64,000 bases of DNA from Diadema antillarum. Its lineage: Eukaryota. The notes beneath the pieces were generated by a model. That model had not been told where the DNA came from and ran no database searches. It saw nothing but the letters and a program-made list of their open reading frames with translations. Positions within the stretch are counted from its first letter, which is position 1. Every line of letters starts with the position of its first letter. A program made the position numbers and the translations under genes. Where the stretch lies: assembly GCF_040938485.1 (NCBI RefSeq), contig NW_027271635.1, positions 1,798,001 through 1,862,000 on the forward strand, read 5' to 3'. Shown here one piece after another: positions 11,901-21,600 of this stretch.

Positions 11901-12921
11901 TTCACAATGCGTCTATCCGGTTCCTTCACATTTTCACTCTCTGACGTCGACTGCAGCAGTGAGTTTTGAAAGATATTGTTGATTATAACGCGGGGACAAG
12001 CATAATTATTTCGACTTTTTTATTTTCTTTTATTTCTATTCTCGTCAAGCAATGTTTTGGTAATGTGACATATTGCCCCAAAATTTAACGTGTGGGTAAT
12101 ATATCATTATCATTATATAAATCTGAAGATGAATTTAACTGTTCAACAAGCATATTGTTCAGGGCTGTCTTTAAAGTCCTGAACACTTTGGATTTCCATC
12201 CCGTAGTTTGTAACTTTATGGTGGGTGTCTTTTTTTTTGTCAGTAAAATGTCAGTTTACTCATCCTCAAGCTCAAAAGCTAAAGTAGCACGTGGCGGCTG
12301 TAATCTTGCAGCTGTAAGTTATTAGGGTGTCGATGGGACTCTAGATAAGGAGGATCATCAATCACTTTTTTCTGAAGTTCCAAATAAAGATATAAATATC
12401 AAGATGAGCAATTTGTATTTCATGATATTGTATATTACATATTATATATCATATATTTTATATCAATTATTATATATTATATATTATAAATCATACATTA
12501 CATATTAAATATTATATATTAGATATTTCAAAATATGCACTATATATATTATATATTATATATTATATTTTATATATTATATATTATATATCACATATCA
12601 TATAATATATAATATATATCATGACATGCTAGTTGTACACTTCAGAGTCTTCATCACGCGCAGTGTCTATTCTTTTTCGCAAATCTAATCATGTCTCTAT
12701 ACATCACTGCCCTTCTTTTCATTCCTTTCGATCCATCTCTGACCATAGCTCCGTGTAATTCCCCACCTGCGGCTCAACCGGAAGGTATCTACGAGAGCGG
12801 AGCGAGCCAAACTTTCACCTGTGATAACTCGCAGGACCAGGCCACTCTAGAGTGCAAAGACGGAAACTGGTCCGATCCGTCCTTCACATGTCCGGATGAT
12901 GATGATATCATCACAAAATAA
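2856..12921 (+). CDS. Gene S: predicted secreted sushi/CCP-repeat protein (~506 aa; signal peptide + 8 CCP exons), join(2856-2934,3400-3588,4235-4432,5469-5654,7276-7458,9215-9394,10833-10982,11776-11958,12749-12921)
   Basis: Kozak-like GCCACCATGG, hydrophobic N-terminus, eight phase 1-1 exons with AG/GT boundaries each encoding a C..C..C..(W)..C sushi pattern. The joined 1521 nt read open to TAA. No TM segment found. First donor lies in an N-gap, so it is inferred. Confidence 0.85.
2935..3067. other. Assembly gap (N)
   Basis: Run of N; covers the first donor of gene S. Confidence 1.
3400..3588 (+). CDS. Gene S exon: sushi/CCP 1
   Basis: caag|...|gtaag, 189 nt, GCTLP...ISCPP...FCTDFGW...DCY. 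Confidence 0.9.
4235..4432 (+). CDS. Gene S exon: sushi/CCP 2
   Basis: tcag|...|gtgag, 198 nt, PCNRS...YTCVSSY...ECDDGTWISSPPCL. Confidence 0.9.
5469..5654 (+). CDS. Gene S exon: sushi/CCP 3
   Basis: gcag|...|gtgag, 186 nt, PCPI...YRHGSVVSFTCSSG...ECVDGSWSPSQPTCS. Confidence 0.92.
5753..5800 (+). pseudogene. Degenerate duplicate of the 3' end of sushi 3 exon
   Basis: gaatgtgtggatggctcatgg-gcccaaacaacccagttg aligns to gaatgtgtagacggttcttggagtcccagtcaacccacttg about 150 nt upstream, with indels and no donor. Confidence 0.6.
6745..6797. repeat. (AAATG)n preceded by AATAAA, probable retroposon tail
   Basis: Direct reading; similar tails at ~20750-20810, ~21775-21830, ~13957-13985. Confidence 0.85.
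7276..7458 (+). CDS. Gene S exon: sushi type A
   Basis: 183 nt (alternative in-frame acceptor at 7270), CQRPNSLDGNIQLTPDLTTYPAGSFIQVACMDGSTMTAGATFTLCQSNSFSFALTDVVCS, donor gtaag. Homologous to 41840-42022 and 38016-38198. Confidence 0.88.
7842..9066. repeat. Intronic tandem duplication, 2 units of ~610 bp
   Basis: Near-identical blocks starting attacc(t/a)atatga(g/a)gtagttttgcggggcaatt at ~7842 and ~8455. Confidence 0.9.
9215..9394 (+). CDS. Gene S exon: sushi type B
   Basis: ctag|...|gtaagt, 180 nt, DCADPAANQ...YSCADNY...TCNNGEWFPLPSETSCR. Confidence 0.92.
10414..10643. mobile_element. Two back-to-back tRNA-like (SINE head / tRNA pseudogene) sequences
   Basis: 10572-10643 (+) has A-box TAGCTCAGTCGGTAGAGC, B-box GGTTCGAATCC and AGC at the anticodon position, but broken stems. 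A truncated inverted copy lies at 10414-10465. Confidence 0.55.
10833..10982 (+). CDS. Gene S exon: short sushi type C
   Basis: acag|...|gtac, 150 nt, PCEAPSAANPRGLYEHG...FSCDTSP...TCNDGKWEGTELVCS. Confidence 0.9.
11776..11958 (+). CDS. Gene S exon: degenerate sushi type A (2nd and 3rd Cys lost)
   Basis: 183 nt open frame, strong donor gtgagt but purine-rich acceptor. CFRPTILDANIQLIPDLTTYPKG...EANKGG...TMRLSG...SDVDCS. Could be a skipped or pseudo-exon. Confidence 0.55.
12420..12620. repeat. Extremely AT-rich low-complexity (TATAT) tract
   Basis: Direct reading; lies in the last intron of gene S. Confidence 0.9.
12749..12921 (+). CDS. Gene S terminal exon: short sushi type C' + stop
   Basis: catag| PCNSPPAAQPEG...FTCDNSQ...ECKDGNWSDPSFTCPDDDDIITK* (TAA). 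Confidence 0.88.
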
Positions 12922-14707
12922 CGAAAAGCTGCATCTACAGCCTCTGCAATGCTAGATATCATGTTGATTACATATCATTCGAAAAAGACAAATGAAAATT
13001 GCAAGCTGAATCCTATGTTTATCGTGTTTTTATCCACCAACACATTATCTAACGCATATTTTTTCACAGTTCAAATGGAATACTGCATGTTTAAAGAAGA
13101 CTTGTATGAAATTGATATTTCATCATTATACTTTAATCGTACTTTAATCTTTTAGGTGGATTAAATCGTTTCTTTTATATAAGATATTTGGTTGGAAACA
13201 TTACTTATGTGAGTTACAATCTGCTCTCTATCAACAACACCAAGTTATTTAGTGTATCTATAAATTACAAAAGCAGCGTTAAACAGGGAAAAGGTAAAGA
13301 GCAGGAAAGAAAAAGGAAGACAAAGAAAGAAAGAAGAAGACAAAAGGTAAGCTAAGAATCCCTTCCCATGCCCTGAGGTCATGAACTGCATCTAAGCTAC
13401 ATAAGGAATGTTGAACAGTTTTAGCTCAAGACCAAAATATACATGTACTATCTGCAAAACTGCACGTACTCTTGCTCGCTATGTCGGACTACTTCATTGT
13501 TGCAGATATCAGGCTTTCACGCAGCATGTAGGAACCAGTAATCCATGCAAATTACACTTTTAAGACATTTTTTTTTCTTCAGAGAAATAGATTATCCATA
13601 CACAAGACCAATTCTTGAATTACCACGCAGCGGGAATAATTCACTCTCTCCCGTTGTTATGTCATAACAGTGCTAAACGAGTGAAACATTTCGGAGGCTT
13701 TATTCGTAGGAATGGTATTCGGGAATTAAATATGATAACAAACAAACAAACAATCAAAGGTTGCGACAATCGCACCTTGTAATACATGTCGATTCATGCC
13801 TGCAAAACCAAGAGTTTTTAAACCGAAATGACTTTGTCTAAATTTTGTTACCTTATTGCTTACTAATTCTCGAGGTGATGTGAATATTTGAAACACTTTG
13901 TTTTCATTTAATTACGGTGTGTGTATGATTGTTTGAAATTATTTGTTGGAAATGGAAATAAATGAAATGAAACGAAATGAAGTAAAATGTTTAAGAGGTG
14001 CGTATATCGAGAGTTTAAGATCTAGATTTATGTTACTGTTTTCTGTGTACGTCTGTGCGTTGAATTTTTTAGGCCGGGTGTACAAATGATTTTCTACCTA
14101 TTGAAAGCGATGGCATATTAGATAGTTCTCACATTTCGTCTTCAAGACATGCGTTTCTCTGTGCTAAAAAAAAAAGTGTAAATGGATCCTTCGGGATCTT
14201 TTTTCTTTTTTGTTGCTCATTAATCAGTTTCAACTGGAGCAGGGAGCAAGATTTGAAAATCAAAAGTTGCAATTTAGTTCCTTAAAACAAGAGACAGACT
14301 GTGTTTTCCATGGACATAGTCGCTCATTAAAGACACGAAGTTTGTTCTTCATTTGATTTCTGTGGTAAAATTCATGTCCAACTAATACCAACTATACAGT
14401 TTGATCGGCCTATGTTCATACTTGTGGTATCCTATATAAAGAAGAACTCCAGCACGTACCAAACAAAATACAGCTTCTAGTTCCTGCCAATGGATTGCAT
14501 AGAGAGTACTTGTACGTGTGGCTGTGTGCATCAGCGTGTTCGTCTATGATTGTGTGTATGTGTGTGTGTGTGTATTTGACTTTAGCTAGAGAAGCTAATG
14601 TTCGCTGTGGAAAATCCCCACATATCACGACTTTGTAAGCCACCATTTTGTAAATCGTCCAAACAAATCTATGAATGTAACCGTGATAAGGTTCTCATTG
14701 AACTATA

Positions 14708-15420
14708 TTCAAATTCAAATTCAAATTCAAATTTATTCCGTTTCTCGACAGTAAAAAAATAACATAACATACATCACTCTTTCTTCAGTGATAAGAATCG
14801 TACCAAAAAAAAATAAAACAAACAAGCAAAGTGAGTTTAACAGAGTAAAACAGTACTTGTATACTTGCAGATACATTACAAAGATACATTACAATGCCTG
14901 AAGTAAATTAAAGTAAAGTTGAATATCAACGTACACAAGGCGAAAAACGGAGGGACCCACTGAAAAGACGAAGCTTGTAGAGTGTGGGCCCCTCGGGAGA
15001 GAAAGAATCAGAGAAAATATTGGTAACAATTATCGGCATCAGGACAGCAACGAAAATGTCTGAAGCAACAACAGCGAAAATAGTTGTAACAGCAGAAAAA
15101 GAAAAAAATAGAGAGGAAAAAATGTTTAAAAACATTGACAAAATAGAAATAGAAATGGAAGCCCATAAAGAGTCAGACAGAAAAGGAAGAAAAACACAAA
15201 ATAACAACATTAACATATAAACGGACATAAAACGACACTGGGACATCGACGAGGCTATAGTTAAACGCAAAAGACAGACTACGACAGGAAGTAAGACTAG
15301 CACAACGGAGATAACAATGCACGAGGGCTGGACGATGGAAAACAAAAACAAGACAGAGACAAGACCAGACGGAAAAAAAAAATCCCTCATTATATAAGCG
15401 TATAGAGTGCAGATCCCGAA
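14708..15420 (-). mobile_element. Non-LTR retroelement 3' UTR remnant (CR1/L2-like, inferred)
   Basis: Minus strand: gaggggcccac-actctacaagct...cttttca-gtgggtccctc stem-loop, then AATAAA and (TTTGAA)n tail; loop shared with the 47393 element. Confidence 0.5.
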
Positions 15421-16496
15421 GAAAATTCCATCAACTGCACGACTAACTTAACCCAAAACTTTATTCACGAACTTGGCGGTGGTCAGCCAGTACGAGCGAC
15501 AATGTGTAATCAACTATGCGGATTTTATGAATAAATAAATATAAATAAATAAATAAAAGACAAACACCCGATTTTCTATTCCTTTTTTTCGAGGCTCACA
15601 GTCGATGGTTACTTAATGATCTCATTTCGACAATGTCGTCATATTCGTCATATCCGTGTTTAACTATACATTTGTACTACAGTACTTAATAATGCATTTG
15701 CACGTAAGACGTTTTGAGTTTGTCCAGTACTGTTTGACTACAACCTTGAAAGAGGTACTTCGTATGAATGTCATCTATAGTACACAAGAAAATCAATACC
15801 AGTTTGTGATTAGTCACTGTGTCAAACAAAACTTCGACAACCATCCAATAGTAAATATCACAGTATAATCAATCATAATGTATTTCATGTTCCTAAGTAC
15901 TAAGGTAAACATGATTATGCAAACATCAGCAGTTCAGACGCAAGAAGTTCATTCTCTCTACAGTTCTCAAACGTCAGTCTTCGTTACATTTGCGCCTTTA
16001 TGTCACTCATAAACATAATTTTCAAAGGACACGATTATGCAAGCTGATTCACACGAAAATATAACGTTTATATCTTGTATGAATATGAATAAATAACACT
16101 TTGGATAATTCCAACATCTCAAAAACTCCTCTATGGGTGTTGCGTCGTTTTGCACTCTCTCCCCTTTCTTTCGGTCTTTTTCTCTTCATCTTCATCTCTC
16201 TTTCTCTCTCTCTCTCTCTTTCTCTTTCCCTATTTGTACATGTATTATAGTTGTTCCTCTTTCTATTGAATTGTTGAGAGTTTCCGACAAAAACAGAATA
16301 GTTATTATATCTGTATTAACATATTTTGCACTTTGATTGTACTGAACACAGTAGTTTCTCTTGGTCCTCGGACAAAAATTTATACAAGAATTCAGAAACT
16401 AAAGTCTCCGTGAAAACGAAGGTTTCCTTGAATTCTGAACTAATAATAACAACATAAACAGTATGTAATTATATCAATGGTTTCATAGATGATCTG

Positions 16497-16582
16497 TCAC
16501 GTCTGTTGAGAATGAAAAGGGCGTTAAGTTGTCTTGAACACTTGTGACAACTTAACGCCCTTATCATTCTCAACAGACGTGA
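16497..16582. repeat. Isolated 86-nt hairpin (37-bp arms, 1 mismatch, 12-nt loop)
   Basis: tcacgtctgttgagaatgaaaagggcgttaagttgtc / gacaacttaacgcccttatcattctcaacagacgtga. Confidence 0.9.
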
Positions 16583-17945
16583 TGGTAAGTTATGACAATA
16601 ATTGCAAATGCAGCACCAACTTAAAGTAAATGTCCTTTTTCTGCTGACCACAAAACATACACATATATCACGCGCAGACACACACAGTCACATGATTATG
16701 TATTAAATACATCATACACGCTCCTTGCAACACACATGCACTGGTTCCACGCCGACATGTACGTAACAAATAACTAGACTAGATTTTAGGGCCTACACAT
16801 TTTCTTGGGAGTGATGCTGTCAGTTAACATAGACGTTTTTGTTTGATTCCAATTTAGGCCTCTTGATGTACTAGAATTGAGATTATTTTCTTTACAGTAA
16901 GATACGAAAACAGACAAATTTCTTAACAAAGCCTCATAAAAAATCTTTCATGTCCACAGGTCGTATTACAGCTGTTAATAATCTCCTGTAACTGCATTAA
17001 GTGCATCACGTTGGTGCAGAAAATGAAAAAGAATATCTTCTACGCCTTCCAAACTTGGTATTGGTGCATGCCTAAAACTTAATACTAAACATTGTAAATT
17101 ATAATTCGTTGCGTGCAATGTTCGGTACTCTCAAACAAGCTACAAATACTGCATAGCACCCTCACCCGCCTTGCCTAACTCTCCTCTGGAACATAATGGA
17201 TTGGTTGATGATATTACCTGGTCTTTCGTTTGGTGAAAATGGTTTAAAAAATGATTATTCCCCTTTCTTTCCCCACTATCGAAGACAAGAAGATGCACGC
17301 TGCTTCCTAAGGAATGTGTATACTCTACGGTGCTTTTTTAACATTCCGTCACGATATTCACTGGTCAGACAAGCAAGTATTTGACCTATTAAATCATAGT
17401 ATTATACATTATCATGCGCTTGTGTGTAAGGTTATCATGCCTGGGCTAGTAGCGGTAAGTCTTAGCCAGCTAATTGATTATTCCCACATCGATACAAAAT
17501 CTACAAGAATAATTTCGACTTCGGCTAGTATCGGGGTGCTTATTTTGTCCTTCACGCGTGATTAGTGTGATGTACGAAAACAATCTTATTTTGATACAAA
17601 GTTGAATATTTGAATTAATTATTTATTTGTTTTAACTGTCAGATTCAAGTTATACTGTACTCAATTAGAATGTTCAATTGATTAATTAATCAATTACTGT
17701 AATTAATTTATCAAGAAATCTTAATATTTGAATTAAACATTTACTTGTTTATTAAACTGTCGGATTCAAATCATACTGTGTTCAATTACTTTGTTCAATT
17801 GACTTTGTATTTCATTTATGTATAAAAAAGAAATTAACAAATAAAATCAAAATCAAATCAAATCAAATCAAGCTCTGAATGCTGGTGCATCTCGAGAGGC
17901 ATATCAAGACAAGTGGGTGATATTGCGAGAGAGGAGGCCAGGTCT

Positions 17946-17990
17946 TCAACGTCCAGCCAGGTCATTGTAGATCACAGCCGGTCCTTTACC
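17946..17990 (-). CDS. M1 terminal exon GKGPAVIYNDLAGR*
   Basis: Strong pyrimidine tract + cag acceptor, phase 0, TGA; AATAAA on minus near 17750. Confidence 0.65.
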   Translation of the reverse strand, partial: GKGPAVIYNDLAGR

Positions 17991-18041
17991 CTGTTTGAAG
18001 AAGAAGAGAAAGTATAACTCTCTATTACATAAAACCGACAT

Positions 18042-18088
<47 letters not shown>

Positions 18089-18585
18089 ATATAAACATTT
18101 GGAGACAGAAAGATAGAGAGAGATGCATAAAGACGCTCTTGTAATACACACTTTTTATTGCATTATTTTTCTGACCCCCCCCCCAAAAAAAAAAAAGGGG
18201 GGGGGTGTACTGTGTGTTATTGTAGATTTTGCTAAACCACTTATACTCTCCCTCCAGTCAAGTATTTTGTCAGGGAAAATCATGTCGTGCCAACCTCCCT
18301 ATTTCAATATTATATTACATGTGTCCTCTACATATCGTGATATGATGCTAATGCGTATGCAATTCATTTTCAAAATGGGAGCTCAAAAAGACACTTTCAT
18401 ATTAATGTTGTACGTGCCAACACGATGCTCCAAATAACATTGAAATGGATTGATGTGGTCTATTTGTATTGGTATCTTATTGGAAGTTAGATGATTAATA
18501 TTTTTCCGTAGTCCGGGTCAATGAAGCAAACGGCTGTCCGGATGGGATCATGCAAATCCACAATGAAACAAACATTGAACCTGAT

Positions 18586-18621
<36 letters not shown>

Positions 18622-21600
18622 TTCAGCATATCACTGCGTTTAATGACGGACGGAACTTCAAAATCCGATGATCGCAGCGATTCAATATTTCTAATGTAAT
18701 GTTTGCATGTTTGGCCCCAGCAAGATGTGTGTTGTTCTGTTTCGTCTTCCTCCTCCACCTCTTCCTTTTCTTCCTCTTCTTCTCCATCTTCCTCTGTGTG
18801 TGTATGCATGTGGTGGGGGTGATTACAATGATGATGACGACGACGACAATGACGATGACGATGCTAGTGATGATTATATGTATGCATGTGTTTTGTAATT
18901 TTGTTTCAGTAAATTTAGCTATTCTCACCGATAGGGCGGCAGAGTATCGAGCGCCGGGAGTCATCAGGTGCTCTGCGGCGAACGGCGAATCGTTACGAGG
19001 CAGTTCCAAGGGGGGCTGCACACCCGGCCTCGTGTTGGGTCCATCCACTCTCCTCGAATACGGCACCAGCGAGTTTTCCTTTCCTGCATGCGTCGTCCTC
19101 CCCGGAGCGTCGGCCATCCTCAGGATGGACGTGCGGTATCTCTCCATAGGGGGATCGAGCACGGAATCGTGTTCAGAATCGTAGCGTTCCGACCCATCGA
19201 TGCTCTTGGCGAAGAACGGTCCCATCTGATCGTACCCCCGCGTCCGAGGATTGTAAGCAAAATTCTAAAACCAGAATTGGAATGAACAAAGATAGGCCTA
19301 TTAGGGAATTCACTTTGACCCCCTTGATTACATGGAATTAACAGAAGAAAGTCAAGTGAAAGAAAAGTCAAAACGCTTTACACATGTGTTTATCTGCGTA
19401 ACAATATGGTGCTGATCTTCATGTACAGAAATTCAAATCGGAATTATTACATGTATTAAATATCTTTAACGTAGGCCTACACTTGCGCACTGCGACTTCA
19501 ATACCATATCAAATTGCACTCGTGGTACGGCTTGATATTCTATACTTTGTATCTTATTCAACAATCACAGAATTGTGCAGAAACAAAATGAAAACAAAAT
19601 ACGCCGAACAGGTAATATGCCGCGGGGTGGGCCGTACCTCGTTTCCATGCATATAAATATCGTCGTCATTGTCGAGCTCCGAGTTGAGATACCCCCTCAT
19701 TCTCCTCCGGTCGAAGTCGTCGTTGAAGTGTTTTGCGTTCCGGTGACGCCTAGCAACAGTTGCCAGGTAACACAGACAGAAGGAGAACACGATAAGAAGT
19801 ACCATGATGCTCACGCCTATGGTTAGCACTGCAATCGCCCACGCCGCTGGAAAAGTAGACGGAAAAATCACGCGATTAACGTAAGGGGAAGAACGTAAAG
19901 ATGCAGAGGATAAACTGGGACAGTATGGTAACGCGAAAAAACAACAACACCTAATCTTGTTTATTGTGGAAGTAATAGTCTTTGGGGTGATATCATGTCC
20001 ACTAGACCTATTTCCGCCATCAGCCCCAAAACAACATATCGTTTTTGTCATGTATATGACTATCATGGCTGACACATTATACTAAACAGGCTAAACTTTA
20101 GCTGCAATAAGGGGTATCGAATAAAGCAAAAAAGACTTCAGGACAATTACTCCTAGGACATTAAGCCCCAGTCCTGGGACCTGTTGCACAAAAGTTGAAA
20201 TCAAACATAAGTCAGAGACTCAATCTAAGTCTCTGAATACTCAGTTCTGATTGGCTGATTCCTGACATACGATCAATTTTCTGACTTATGTTGGATTGTA
20301 TCTCTTTTATGCACCAGGGTCTTGGAGGGGTAATTGTCCGGATGCGATTATCTACTTTAATAGTCGTGAACAGAGCAGCAAAGATCGATTCGATCAAATG
20401 TCGATATTGCGCTATTCATAATCCATACAGCATGTTTTTGAACAAAACATGCATTTATAATGCTGAAAGGCCCTTTACGCGAATGGTATGCAAGGCATTG
20501 TGTTAGCCCCTGTTCGTGTTTGATTTGGGGAATGAGAAGAGGATAGATTGCTGTTTCCCCCCCCCCCCCCCCCAGAATCGTAGAATGTATAAGTATGTTA
20601 GTATTTATTATGCCCCTCTTATACTGATCATAGACACCAACATGCTGTTATTTGTTGGCTGCCCGTTTATCATTCGATAAAATACATGTCAAGTTTAGCA
20701 TATTTCTTTGTAGGCCTACATTCTGCTGAAAAAGTGAAATAATGCTTGAATTTAATTGAATTGGATTGGATTGAATTGAATTGAATTGAACTGAACTGTA
20801 TTGAACTGAAATAAGGCCAAGTGAAAAAAACCCAACATGGTTAAAATCATTAGTTTCTCGATGGATACGTCGCAAAGACAGAATGTAACCCCCATGTTAG
20901 GCTGTTTGTTGTTGTTGGGAATAGCTTTTCTATTAAATGTGTGACTTCCTCATACTTTACAACAGGGGGCGAAATGTGTATGGTTTGGAGAGTGGTGAGG
21001 GTGATTTCATAATGACATTTTCAAAGTAGTTGGGCTTACGTAATCCAGTCGGAGGGGAACTCGTTGTCGCGATGATTTCTATAGGAAATCAATGAGAAAG
21101 AAAGTAAGAGATAAAGAAAAGAGAGAGAATGTATAATATATGGTTTAAGATATTGCATGTTCCTTTCAAGCGAAGCATGAAATATGATTACGATCGGGAA
21201 ATGAGAAATGCCAAAAGCTTGTGAACATTTCTTGATAAAACGCATATACATTCTAATCTGTCTCGAACAAGCGTATGTCCTTTCTTATGATCGTTCGCAG
21301 TTATTTGAACATTGCCGTGTATTTCTCTTCTTTTTTTCAAATCTGGACTTGATTTAAAGAAGGTGATTAAATAAGCCTTTGCTCAAAATAAGCTATACTT
21401 TCTCCAATTTGTGAATTGGTAGAAGAATTCACGTTATTCTTCTGTATTTTCTTTTTTTTCTATGTTTCGGTCATTCGATGTACCTGTGCTCCTTATCTTA
21501 ATCTTTACGCTCGATTTTAAGTGAGACCTTCGCTCGACAAGCTTGCTTCTAAGTAGGTTCCATAATATTTCATTCTCAGATTCCAACTTTCATAGATCGA

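Noticed and set aside
14926-15390. 154-aa hydrophobic ORF resembling a multi-pass membrane protein
   Set aside because: Lies in T-rich low-complexity sequence of a retroelement 3' UTR remnant; no splice or domain support.
18495-19285. Overlapping ORFs with poly-E, poly-N, poly-D or hydrophobic runs
   Set aside because: Translations of trinucleotide microsatellites, or alternative frames and antisense of the M1 tail exon.
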